64,000 bases of DNA from a virus: IMG/VR virus record IMGVR_UViG_3300028283_000495; one strand, written 5' to 3'. Below the pieces are notes generated by a model that saw only the letters and a list, made by a program, of their open reading frames with translations, did no database searches and was not told the origin of the DNA. Position 1 is the stretch's first letter, and every line of letters starts with the position of its first letter. The position numbers and the translations under genes are program-made. Positions 18,694-28,337 of the stretch are shown in pieces.

Positions 18694-19532
18694 CTCCCGT
18701 CCCCCTCGTCTCTTAATTGATGATTACCAAAGGTTTTTATTTTATTTTTCTTTAAAGCGCTCTGCATAGCAACCACAGGATCAACTTTTCCACCCTTTCC
18801 ACCCATTATATGCAAACAATCTGGCGCACCTTCCATAGATTTCAATGAATTTAAACTACAATCAAAATAACCCTTAACTTTCTTGGGTCCACCCTTTAAA
18901 TTCATAAGTAAATTATCAGAGCAATTAAAATCACTTCTTATAATTTCTGGTGATCCATCCAATGATAATAATACATTTAAACTACAATCATATAAAGTAC
19001 CTACATATTTAGGACCACCCGTTAAATCAGATAAATTATTATTACTAACTATAAAAGAACCACCCACTTCATTTGGTGCGCCTTCTAATGTTTCTAATTT
19101 CGAATCCCTCCAAATGAAATCACCACTCACTTTATTGAATTTCATCGGTATCTTTTTAAGACTAGAATTACTTACATATATATCACCTGAAACCTCTACC
19201 CCTTTAGCAGTCAACATATAAGTTCTAACTCTCTTCTGTTCGTCAAAGAACATAGTTAATTTATTCATGTAATCATCACTATAAGATATACTCACGTCTT
19301 CTACTTCTGGTTCATTTTTTACTTTTCTTTTTAAGTACCTGAGAACTTTTTCGTAATCTTCGTCTTTGAAGATATAGGACATAAGATTATTATGATAAGA
19401 AATATATCCTTCTTGTTTAAGGTTATTGATTTCTTTGTAATAAATATCAATAATCTGTCCACTAGGAAGACCTATCAAATATTCAGTATTTATTTCAAAC
19501 TGTTTATATTCTTTAATCATAGTCAACCTCAT
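18681..19532 (-). CDS. leucine-rich repeat protein (array member)
   Basis: LPSGQII domain; LETLEGAPNEVGGSFIVSNN repeats. Confidence 0.85.
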   Translation of the reverse strand: MRLTMIKEYKQFEINTEYLIGLPSGQIIDIYYKEINNLKQEGYISYHNNLMSYIFKDEDYEKVLRYLKRKVKNEPEVEDVSISYSDDYMNKLTMFFDEQKRVRTYMLTAKGVEVSGDIYVSNSSLKKIPMKFNKVSGDFIWRDSKLETLEGAPNEVGGSFIVSNNNLSDLTGGPKYVGTLYDCSLNVLLSLDGSPEIIRSDFNCSDNLLMNLKGGPKKVKGYFDCSLNSLKSMEGAPDCLHIMGGKGGKVDPVVAMQSALKKNKIKTFGNHQLRDEGDGSWSW

Positions 19533-20382
19533 CTATTTCGTTTCCTTCGTTAAATATAATCTTATTACACGAAGGCATTCCCATTAAATTAAAAAGTCTA
19601 TTAAAAGTACAATTAAAATTGCCTGTAACCTCTTTTGGTCCGTTTGTTAAAGTTGTTATAGTGTTATGACTACAATCAAAATTCATTGTCTTTCTCGATG
19701 AGTGGAATAAATTAGTTAATCTATTATAAGACACATTGAAAAACCTAACGTCTATTATTTTTTCTGGCATCCCTTTCAATGTTTTTATATTATTCCTTTC
19801 ACAATCAAATACTACTTGACAGTAATTTGGAAACCCATGCAAATCTTCCAAATTATTATCCATACAATAATATCCACCAGCTACAAACTTAGGACCACCT
19901 ATCAATGTATAAATTTGATTTGAACAACAATCAAAAAATCCACCAATTTGATTTGGAGTATTTGTTAAGTTGTTCAGTTTATTCATACTACAATCGAAAT
20001 TGCCAGTTACTTGTCTGAACTTAATAGGTATCTTTTGTAAGGATTTACCACTTATATCAACGTCCCCTTTAACATCTACACTTAAATCAGCGTTAACTGT
20101 GTAATTACTTATTTTGAAACTCTCCATACAATAATGTATGTATTGGATTTTCATTGGATCCTGTGTGAGCTTCTTTACCATTAAATAATTCTCATCAAGA
20201 AAAGTAAAATACATACCGCCCTTGTTATATCTGATGAGTCTTTGTTTTTTCAAATTTATAAATTGGTCGTCTGTAATATCTATAACTTCACCACTTGGCA
20301 TACCGACAACGTAACTTGTTATAACACCAGGTAAAGGAGTGTCACCGTCAAGTGTCTCATATAGTTGGAAAGTCTTAATCAC
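19513..20382 (-). CDS. leucine-rich repeat protein (array member)
   Basis: MPSGEVI domain; TLTNGPKEVTGNFNCTFN repeats. Confidence 0.85.
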   Translation of the reverse strand: MIKTFQLYETLDGDTPLPGVITSYVVGMPSGEVIDITDDQFINLKKQRLIRYNKGGMYFTFLDENYLMVKKLTQDPMKIQYIHYCMESFKISNYTVNADLSVDVKGDVDISGKSLQKIPIKFRQVTGNFDCSMNKLNNLTNTPNQIGGFFDCCSNQIYTLIGGPKFVAGGYYCMDNNLEDLHGFPNYCQVVFDCERNNIKTLKGMPEKIIDVRFFNVSYNRLTNLFHSSRKTMNFDCSHNTITTLTNGPKEVTGNFNCTFNRLFNLMGMPSCNKIIFNEGNEIDEVDYD

Positions 20383-20471
20383 TAAAAGGCAGTTTTTTAT
20401 TTATATATAAAAATTAGGTTCTAAAATTTAATAGAAAAATTAAAGCAAATATATGAAAAAATTGTCTAATA

Positions 20472-21380
20472 TTAAATAATATCTTTAAATTTATCATAAT
20501 TTTTATCCATTATTATCAAATATTCATATCCCTGATTTCTAGTTTCTTCTTCTTTTGTTTTATTTAATTCTAAATATCTATTATAATAAAAAGTAGATTT
20601 TATTTCTATTACCATATTTTTTTCCTTTATATAAAAATCACTATGATATACTTTATTTTTGCCTTCAAATTTAAATTTTATAGTAGGTCCTTTCCCGACG
20701 TCAATTTTATTATTATAACAATAATCTAAAAAATCTTTTTCGTAGGTGCCCCTATATAATAAATCCATATTTTCATGTAATATCATCTTTTTACCTGATA
20801 TTTGTGATTTTTCAAATAAAAAATTAGATTGAGTAGGATTTTCTACTCCCCAATTTATCAAAGTTGTTTCAATTTTCTTCTTTTTAAATTCATTAAATTT
20901 AGATGGGTTATCAACATTGTATTTTTCCATACAGGTATCTTTAACCCTTTTCTTATATTCTAATGTTTTTGTATAACTAACAAATCCATAATTTTTTAAA
21001 CATGTTTCCTTTTTTTTATCCTTCACTTCTTTTACATCAGATATGTTATCAACACCATATTTTTCATTTAAAGTTTTAGTTGATTTTTTGAATATATCCG
21101 CGTTTTGTTGGGGGAAATCCACGCCATATCTTATTTGGTTAGTAATCTTATTTTTTTCGATGGAACATTTAGCACAACAATAATATCCACCTCTTTTTAA
21201 TTGATTTAGATAATTTTGATACTTAATTGAATTTTCCACTCCACAAGATTCACAGATTGCTACAACTCTAATGGTAGAACAATCACTGAGATCTTCAATT
21301 TTTATCATAATAATATCATTCTTATTATATGGTCCGTACTTATGTAAATATTTTTTATAGGTGGATGATGATATTTTCAT
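20472..21380 (-). CDS. putative free-standing homing endonuclease (K-x-x-L-x-K-Y-G repeats plus TnsA-like PD-(D/E)XK C-terminus)
   Basis: CESCG...CAKC zinc motif; repeats KTLNEKYGVDN, KTCLKNYG; YHSDFY...IEIKS. Confidence 0.75.
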   Translation of the reverse strand: MKISSSTYKKYLHKYGPYNKNDIIMIKIEDLSDCSTIRVVAICESCGVENSIKYQNYLNQLKRGGYYCCAKCSIEKNKITNQIRYGVDFPQQNADIFKKSTKTLNEKYGVDNISDVKEVKDKKKETCLKNYGFVSYTKTLEYKKRVKDTCMEKYNVDNPSKFNEFKKKKIETTLINWGVENPTQSNFLFEKSQISGKKMILHENMDLLYRGTYEKDFLDYCYNNKIDVGKGPTIKFKFEGKNKVYHSDFYIKEKNMVIEIKSTFYYNRYLELNKTKEEETRNQGYEYLIIMDKNYDKFKDII

Positions 21381-21518
21381 TTCTACTGTCGTTTTTTAAC
21401 ATCTTATAAATTATTATTTTTTTTGATACATCTAAATCAAATGTATAGTATTATATATAAATGTTTAAAAATGGAAAAATGAAAATAATATATAATATAA
21501 AATAAATGATTTTTATAT

Positions 21519-22376
21519 ATGATTAAACTATTTGAGGATTTTGAACGAAATATAGAAAAAAAATTAATTTATATGGCGTTCGATATAGACGATAATTTAT
21601 TATACATGCCAACAAGGATTCATATGGATCATTTAGTTAACGGCACTTGGATTACAGAACCAGTAGACACAGAAACCTTCGCTAAAATCAGACAAGATAA
21701 AGTAAATTGGAGATATAAATCCGAACACGAAGGCGACGCATCCTTTGTTGAGTTTCGTGATTGGGGACCAGACGGTAAAGATACATTTTTAAATGGATTT
21801 AAATACGCTGTTCTTCATAAAAGATTTGGTCCTTCTTGGACAAAATTCATAGAATGCTTAGTTAATGGTAATATTTTCTCAATAATAACATCAAGAGGTC
21901 ACTCACCCGAGAATGTTAGAAGAGCATTTGAATGGTTGATATATGAATACGGTTTAGACAATTTTAAAAACCTACATATTAAAAATGTAGATAAATACGA
22001 ATCGTTTGAAGATCAAATGATTCAAAACCTATTGAGATATCACGAGATATTCGGATCTGAACCTGATTACGTTATAGATGAGTACCTTGATGTTTGTCCT
22101 ATCTACACTATATCATCACCTTATTTCAAAGAGAAGTTTGGCAAAATGGGTCCAGATGACGCTAAGAAAGTATCTTTACAAGATTTCAATGAAATAGTTA
22201 AAACTTACGCCAAGAAACTTGGAGTTAAGGCTAAATATGGTTTCTCAGATGACGATCCAAAATTTGTTAAAGCCGCGGTTGATCAATTTAGAGAATTGAA
22301 AGATAAAGATCATAAATATGTTAAGTATTCTGTATTTGATACAGGGGATAAAAAAATGAAGAAATTAGATATATGA
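21519..22376 (+). CDS. HAD-superfamily-like hydrolase with capsid-targeting-like N-terminus
   Basis: FDIDDNL (DxD motif I), ITSRGH (motif II), GFSDDD (motif IV). Confidence 0.7.
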   Translation: MIKLFEDFERNIEKKLIYMAFDIDDNLLYMPTRIHMDHLVNGTWITEPVDTETFAKIRQDKVNWRYKSEHEGDASFVEFRDWGPDGKDTFLNGFKYAVLHKRFGPSWTKFIECLVNGNIFSIITSRGHSPENVRRAFEWLIYEYGLDNFKNLHIKNVDKYESFEDQMIQNLLRYHEIFGSEPDYVIDEYLDVCPIYTISSPYFKEKFGKMGPDDAKKVSLQDFNEIVKTYAKKLGVKAKYGFSDDDPKFVKAAVDQFRELKDKDHKYVKYSVFDTGDKKMKKLDI

Positions 22377-23365
22377 AAAACTTTACAAGATTTATCAATG
22401 AAAATCTAGGAGAGAAGGATGATTTCTCTGGTGTACTATCAGCAATGATGGAACTACCAACAGAAGAAATTTTAAGATTTCGTGACGAACTAAAAAGTTC
22501 TCTAAACGAAAGTGCTCTCAACGAAGCGTACTCCATAGATTTCTTTACTGGTTTAAAAGCTAAATTTAGAAGATGGTTTACTGATAAACTTTTCAACTTC
22601 TTGATCAACAGGAAGAAAGAATATTACGAAAAGTTAATTGATAAATTGGCTATATTTGATTTAACACAAATAGATGACGTTTACAAGGCTTTCCCAGCTT
22701 TTCAATTGAAATCCATGTACCTTGCTGGTGGTATGGACGCTGCTAAAAAAGGTGGCAAAGTTGGTTGGAGAAATTTAGTAGAATACGAACTCGAAGTTAA
22801 TCACCCAGGTAATAAAAAGAATTGTCCAGAAGTCACGATATACCTTGGTCCTGAAGGGGACGAAGAAGTTGTAGTTAAACCATCATATTGTATTGACGGT
22901 CCTATGTTGGATTTATTCATTACCAATCCAAAGAAATGTTTAAATTTATATAACTATCCAGCTTTATTAAACCCAGTTAGAAAAGAAGTTGATAGAAATA
23001 AAATGGATTTTGATACCTACATTGGCGCACTAAAAAGCGCTAAATCAAATCAACAAGAAATAGAAGACGCTATCAGATTCTTTAGAGAAACAGTATCTAA
23101 AAGAATAGCTTACGAAGACGAATTAATCATAAATAAATCAGACGCTATATTCTTGGGACTCAATCCTGTAGCTGGTGCTGGAACTTACGCTGAGCTTCAG
23201 TTGCTTAGTTTCATAGAAAAACCGCTCTTCTGTACACTTGTAGAAGGATATGAGAATATGGTTGGTGGGTTTAAATTATGGAACATGCCACAACTTTGTA
23301 AGATGACAAGAAATGAAAAAGAAATGTTAACACTGGTAGATACTCTATATGAGGCTGCTCATTAA
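22373..23365 (+). CDS. nucleoside 2-deoxyribosyltransferase-like (NDT) protein with capsid-targeting-like N-terminus
   Basis: YLAGGMD...WR, LLNP, DELIINKSDAIF, AGTYAEL pattern. Confidence 0.7.
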   Translation: MKNFTRFINENLGEKDDFSGVLSAMMELPTEEILRFRDELKSSLNESALNEAYSIDFFTGLKAKFRRWFTDKLFNFLINRKKEYYEKLIDKLAIFDLTQIDDVYKAFPAFQLKSMYLAGGMDAAKKGGKVGWRNLVEYELEVNHPGNKKNCPEVTIYLGPEGDEEVVVKPSYCIDGPMLDLFITNPKKCLNLYNYPALLNPVRKEVDRNKMDFDTYIGALKSAKSNQQEIEDAIRFFRETVSKRIAYEDELIINKSDAIFLGLNPVAGAGTYAELQLLSFIEKPLFCTLVEGYENMVGGFKLWNMPQLCKMTRNEKEMLTLVDTLYEAAH

Positions 23366-23565
23366 AGAATATCAAACCAAACGCTGTGTTCAGTGCTAAA
23401 ATGAGATTTAAACTCATTAATAGTCTTTTCTAACAATTCGTTATCGCCAGACATTTCAATCTCTGTGATGTTAATAATACTCTCAATGGTATCTTTACCA
23501 TAATGTTTGATTCTGACTTCGTTCTCAAGCCAGTTAATCAATTCGAGTGTTTTTACTGCTTTCAT
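23362..23565 (-). CDS. hypothetical protein
   Basis: ORF in minus-strand operon. Confidence 0.55.
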   Translation of the reverse strand: MKAVKTLELINWLENEVRIKHYGKDTIESIINITEIEMSGDNELLEKTINEFKSHFSTEHSVWFDIL

Positions 23566-23567
23566 AA

Positions 23568-24083
23568 TTATTCGGGTTCGTAATAAAAATTTTTTGTGTT
23601 CTCAATAACTTTAATGAGTTCCAAAACCTTTGGCCCACTAACCTCAAAAACGCTAACATAACGCATACCGTTACGTCTACTCATATATATATTAAGAGTG
23701 TGATGGTCATGGGTCTTTTGGTGATGTATTCTAAAACAAATACTCACCGCCTCAGCTAATTTGTGTGTGAAAAGATACTGTGTATAAGTGGTATAGTTCC
23801 TTCTTTCCCACATATAGGTACTAGTCTCATTTGTGGCCCTAATCAACTGATCAACAGCAACATCCTTAGTGATGTCTAGATTATTTGGAACTTCAAACAT
23901 TACTTGGTCTTTAAGAAACTTTTCAACAATCAATAAATCGGTGTTATCCCATCCACCTAACTGGTTAAGTAACTTGGTGGCATCTGTATCACCACTCTTT
24001 AAGAATTCATTAACGATGTTCAAATGCCTTTGTGTGCAATGAGTTACACCTAATTGCGTGAGCAAACTTTCTGATGTCTTCAT
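23568..24083 (-). CDS. hypothetical protein
   Basis: ORF in minus-strand operon. Confidence 0.6.
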   Translation of the reverse strand: MKTSESLLTQLGVTHCTQRHLNIVNEFLKSGDTDATKLLNQLGGWDNTDLLIVEKFLKDQVMFEVPNNLDITKDVAVDQLIRATNETSTYMWERRNYTTYTQYLFTHKLAEAVSICFRIHHQKTHDHHTLNIYMSRRNGMRYVSVFEVSGPKVLELIKVIENTKNFYYEPE

Positions 24084-24101
24084 ATATTTATAAATTTAAT
24101 A

Positions 24102-24746
24102 TTACCAATCAATTCTAATTGAATATTCACCAGCGTCAATCAATCCCTTCATATATAGGTCGTTAGCTACTGTGTGAATACTTGGATAAAAATTTCTGTC
24201 CCACCACAAATCGGATTATTCAAGCACGGAAATAATATTACGAAGTAATGGTAAAAATCCTTTACTGTATGTAAAACTTGCGAACAACTCGATTTTTAAT
24301 TTTTTCCCAACTCCTGCTTTTGACCCGTTCACTTTTTTCGGTTTTTGCAAGACTCTCCCATTTGGAAGAAATTTCACGAACTTCTTCCATGGTTACGGAT
24401 AGTTTTCCGCGTCCGAGCGTGGTCTTTGGAGCGAATATTTTTAAATCGGTCATATTACCATGATTTTTGGGGATGTCCATTCTTTAGTGTCACGTTCTAA
24501 CCATTTTTGAAATTTAACACCCATAACTTCACCGTTAATGATTTCTGGGATTTCATCGTGCATTTCATCTTCCTGTTCGTCAGCCCAATCACAAGGTACT
24601 TCTAAATTAACAATTCCTCTAGATTGGCAACCATCTTGTTGCTGAAAACAATAAGGTTTATCGTAAGTACTTGATACTAAATTGTCCCAATCCTGACAGT
24701 CAATCATTTTTACGTTCTTTATCCTTAGTTTTTTAACATGTGCCAT
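24102..24746 (-). pseudogene. hypothetical gene interrupted by an approximately 250-bp insert
   Basis: N-part ...FQQQDGC...WLERDTKEW (24450..24746) and C-part SDLWWDRNFYP...GEYSIRIDW* (24102..24215) are in the same frame, separated by GC-richer sequence with stops. Confidence 0.6.
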
Positions 24747-24780
24747 ATATCGATCTATTTTTTCTTTTATATATTAAATA

Positions 24781-24788
24781 CAAAGATA
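24781..24788 (-). promoter_or_regulatory. TAnnTTTG promoter element
   Basis: TATCTTTG about 35 nt upstream of ATG 24746. Confidence 0.5.
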
Positions 24789-24855
24789 ATAAAATTATTC
24801 AACATAAAAAATTACGGTTTTAAAAATTTAATATATAAAGAAAAAATCTTTAACC

Positions 24856-25065
24856 ATGAAGAATGTTTTCATTGTAGAAAAAGACGATTCTATCGTTATT
24901 ACAGGTAAAGAAGGAACTAAAACCTATAAATTAAATGGTATCTTTACACAATTTAGTGATAAGAGTAAAAATAGACCATATTATACAGAAGAAGAATATA
25001 AAGTACATCTTGAAGAATTGAAAAATAGAAAACCAGGAATAGAAACCAACGAACATAATGGATAA
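24856..25065 (+). CDS. mini-protein resembling the N-terminus of T4-like prohead protease gp21
   Basis: YKLNGIFTQF...KNRPYYTEEEY..HLEEL. Confidence 0.45.
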   Translation: MKNVFIVEKDDSIVITGKEGTKTYKLNGIFTQFSDKSKNRPYYTEEEYKVHLEELKNRKPGIETNEHNG

Positions 25066-26458
25066 ATTTACTAACAAATATATAGGACACTTCGATATTC
25101 TGAAAAAATCAATACTCGGTTTCGAATTTGAATTTTACACAGATAGAAGTTACTACAAACTATTAGAACTACTTAACAGAGAACTTGCCCCTATCAAAGT
25201 CTGGGGTAAGAGAAAATATCACTCCGACCAAGAAGTTGATGAATATAATTTCAAAATCGAACCTGATCTCTCTGGTGGTCCTAATATGGTAGAACTTATC
25301 ACTGGTCCTATGCCCTATAACAACGCTAAACTTATATTACTCAAAATTTTAAGTATATTACAAACCTACGCTAAAACTGACGATAAAACATCCATTCACA
25401 TTAATATATCTTTTGATAAAGATCTTAGTGATAAGACACTAGATCACCTTAATAAACTTAAACTCATCTTAAATACAGATGAAGAACTCATTTTTAAATT
25501 CTTCCCAACAAGAAAAGATAACTTCTACTCAAAAAGTGTGAAAAGACTTATTCCATTCAAAGGATACGACTACGTTAATGATGCTATTAATATTCTTGTA
25601 AACAATATACAATTACCTGATACTAAATATTATGGTATAAATATCAAGGAAGCGTATAACGGACGTCTTGAATTTAGATATATTGGTGATAAAGATTACC
25701 AGTTCAAAACCAGAGAGATAATGGAATTAATGGATTATTTTATTTCATTGACTTGGAATAGTATAGATGAAGAACTTGACGACGAAGATATCGAGAAGTT
25801 AAGAAAATTCTTGGAAGAAAATATAAATAATTTCAAGAACTTTACTAAACTCGAAAATTTTATAGCTGAATTTCCTACAATCCAACTGGAGGTGGATAAA
25901 GATGAAAGTTTTGTAGTCGTAAAATCTTATTATTCGAATATATACACAAAGATATATGATTTAGTAAAGAACATTTACAATTTGAATAACTGTTTAATAA
26001 ATTGGGACACTGATAGTAAGATGTTGGAGTTGGTAGATGCTGATTTTCAGACTATATTTGATTTAAGTAATATAGGTATTATAGACAGTAATGCTGGTGG
26101 AGGAACTTATAATAATTGTACTTTTATAAACTGCGAGGTTAAAAATGCTCATTTACATAATTGTACTTTATTGAGTTGTGATGTTTATAATTGTAAGATG
26201 GAGAACACTGATGTGGATCAATCTTGTGTGTTAAAAAATTGTTATTTCTACGGTGGTAAGATGGATGGCGAATTTGTTTCTGGCGTCTTCCGTTCAGGAA
26301 AAGTTGGTGAATTCGGGGTGGTTTCCGATGACGTGAGAATAGTAACAGATATGGATAGTTACTTTAATACTTCCATTGAACAGGAAAATCCAGAACAGAA
26401 GAAAGGTGTATCTAAACCGAAGAAACTTAACCCTTATAACAATCCAAGAAAATTTTAA
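25058..26458 (+). CDS. putative amidoligase (COOH-NH2 ligase type 2) with C-terminal beta-helix-like repeats
   Basis: GFEFEF, IEPDLS, ELITGP, TSIHINIS, KYYGIN, LEFR; C-terminal NCTFINCEVKNAHLHNCTLLSC repeats. Confidence 0.7.
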   Translation: MDKFTNKYIGHFDILKKSILGFEFEFYTDRSYYKLLELLNRELAPIKVWGKRKYHSDQEVDEYNFKIEPDLSGGPNMVELITGPMPYNNAKLILLKILSILQTYAKTDDKTSIHINISFDKDLSDKTLDHLNKLKLILNTDEELIFKFFPTRKDNFYSKSVKRLIPFKGYDYVNDAINILVNNIQLPDTKYYGINIKEAYNGRLEFRYIGDKDYQFKTREIMELMDYFISLTWNSIDEELDDEDIEKLRKFLEENINNFKNFTKLENFIAEFPTIQLEVDKDESFVVVKSYYSNIYTKIYDLVKNIYNLNNCLINWDTDSKMLELVDADFQTIFDLSNIGIIDSNAGGGTYNNCTFINCEVKNAHLHNCTLLSCDVYNCKMENTDVDQSCVLKNCYFYGGKMDGEFVSGVFRSGKVGEFGVVSDDVRIVTDMDSYFNTSIEQENPEQKKGVSKPKKLNPYNNPRKF

Positions 26459-27323
26459 ATTCGGAATAATTTTTATCTATTATAAATAAAAATTTATGTC
26501 CTCTGTTTAAACAAGATTTCTGTTTTTCTAAATTTTTATTTATATCTAATTCGTACCATATTTTACTTTTTATCTCTATGATCAAATTATACTGAGGTAA
26601 ATAGAAATCTGGGTAATATTTTCTGATTTTATCATTTAATTTGTAGTCAATTGAAAATCCTCTTTCTATTTGAAAATAATTATAAAAATTATCTAGAAAG
26701 TCCTTTTCATATGATGATTGATAATATAAATCTGTATTTTTATATTTGTTTTCTTTACGAAGCGATCTAAATCTAGATTGCATCATTTTTTCTTTTACAA
26801 ATTCATTATTTAATGGATTTTCACATCCATATCTTTGTAAATTTGTTATTTTAATTTTATTTTTAACCCCTTCACATTGAAAAACATTTTCACAATCATA
26901 TTTCACAATATTTGTGTTATTTCTTTTTTCTATAACTATGGGACTTGATAATCCCCAGTCGGTGCCCCAATGTTTTCTATTAGTTTCAATTTTTTTATTT
27001 TTTATTTCTCTGGATTTAGACACGTTATCAACATTATATCTATCCATAATAGTGTTCTTAGATTTCAATTTAATATCATCATTTTCAAATACGTTTTTAC
27101 AACCATATCTTTCTAAATTAGTTTTATCTATTTTCACTGTTTTACATTTCACACAAGTACATATCTCCCCTTTTTGTATATACGACATGTACCTCCTATA
27201 TTCCATTTTATAATGTTTTCTACAAATATCACATATTACTTCAACTTCAATATGACTACCAACTGATAAGTCTGAGACATTTATTTCTTTTCCCCTAAAT
27301 TTAACTTTTTCTGTTATTATCAT
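26427..27323 (-). CDS. putative homing endonuclease, paralog of 20472..21380
   Basis: CDIC...CVKC; TNLERYGCKN repeats; YYPDFYLP...IEIKS. Confidence 0.75.
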   Translation of the reverse strand: MIITEKVKFRGKEINVSDLSVGSHIEVEVICDICRKHYKMEYRRYMSYIQKGEICTCVKCKTVKIDKTNLERYGCKNVFENDDIKLKSKNTIMDRYNVDNVSKSREIKNKKIETNRKHWGTDWGLSSPIVIEKRNNTNIVKYDCENVFQCEGVKNKIKITNLQRYGCENPLNNEFVKEKMMQSRFRSLRKENKYKNTDLYYQSSYEKDFLDNFYNYFQIERGFSIDYKLNDKIRKYYPDFYLPQYNLIIEIKSKIWYELDINKNLEKQKSCLNRGHKFLFIIDKNYSEFKIFLDCYKG

Positions 27324-27349
27324 AACTTTATATATTTCTTTTACATAGG

Positions 27350-27373
27350 TATATATAAAAATATTTTAGTCAT
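27350..27373 (-). promoter_or_regulatory. ATGAC-N13-TATATA motif
   Basis: Upstream of endonuclease ATG 27323. Confidence 0.6.
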
Positions 27374-27405
27374 ATTTTTCTACTTTTTCTACAAAATGGA
27401 AAAAT

Positions 27406-27429
27406 ATGACTTTTTTAACTTAATATATA
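27406..27429 (+). promoter_or_regulatory. ATGAC-N13-TATATA motif (divergent partner)
   Basis: ATGAC TTTTTTAACTTAA TATATA. Confidence 0.6.
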
Positions 27430-27552
27430 CGATTAAAAACAACATGGAAGAAATTACTTATAAGATAGAGATTATTGAACCTTTAACATTTGATGTTAAA
27501 TTTGGTAAACCTTTTTATAATTTTAGTATAGATATAATAAAAATTAAAGACA

Positions 27553-27732
27553 ATGGCAGCGAAGAAGAAGAATGTAAAAGTCTTTTTTACAATGGATGAA
27601 GAAATTTACAAAGATTTCGAAAAATATATAGAAGAGAATATTATTGATAAATCAAAGCTTTTAGAGAAGTTGATTATTAAGTATTTAGAAGAAAACAAAA
27701 AAATAATAAAACAATATGGATCCAATATTTAA
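27553..27732 (+). CDS. ribbon-helix-helix (CopG/Arc-like) DNA-binding protein (59 aa, not in track)
   Basis: MAAKKKNVKVFFTMDEEIYKDFEKYIEENIIDKSKLLEKLIIKYLEE: beta strand, helix, x-S helix pattern. Confidence 0.65.
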   Translation: MAAKKKNVKVFFTMDEEIYKDFEKYIEENIIDKSKLLEKLIIKYLEENKKIIKQYGSNI

Positions 27733-28337
27733 ATGGACTGGTGGAAAAAGAAAAGAAATAAAAACGTTTGGAAAATATTATCCAGATTTTGTTAAGAATA
27801 AAGAAAAGTATCTATATGTAGAACCGTTCTTTGGAGGAGGAGCAGTTTATTGGGATTTGGAAAATGATATGAACATTATAAATGACGTGGATTTTGATCT
27901 TATAAGTTTTCTAATGACATTAAAAAAACAACCTGATGAGATATCATCTATTATAGATGATATTGTTCCTAAAATTGAAGATATAACAAATAAGGAGAAA
28001 CAAGGTATTATAGATTGAAATATTTTCTGGTAATTATAAAGATATTATGATTAATAATGATAACGATAATGTCTTTATGTATTTAGATCCACCATATACT
28101 AGGGATTTTAAAGAATATAGTCACGGTAATGTTTTCGATGATGATTCACAAAAAGAATTATCAAAAGTCTTTAAAAGTATCAAAAAAGGAAAAGTAATGT
28201 TGATAATCAATAAAGACGAATTCACAACATCACTTTATAAAGATTACATTAAAGATGAATATGATTTAAAATATGCTACTAATATAAAGAATAGATATGA
28301 TAATAATGTTAAACATTTAATAATAACTAATTATTAA
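27716..28337 (+). pseudogene. Dam-family methyltransferase with internal deletion and frameshift
   Basis: N-fragment FKWTGGKR, VEPFFGGGAVY, INDVD; C-fragment (frame open from 28014) IEIFSGNYKD...YLDPPY; central region absent. Confidence 0.75.

Noticed and set aside
24216-24465. Group I or II intron, or the ORFs 24262..24480 and 24278..24463 as real phage genes
   Set aside because: No recognisable P7 or domain V motifs or GTGCG/AY ends; the ORFs lie within the foreign-looking insert.
27396-27599. Track start at 27396
   Set aside because: The first codons overlap the ATGAC-N13-TATATA motif; a later ATG (about 27445) is more plausible and no function is recognisable.
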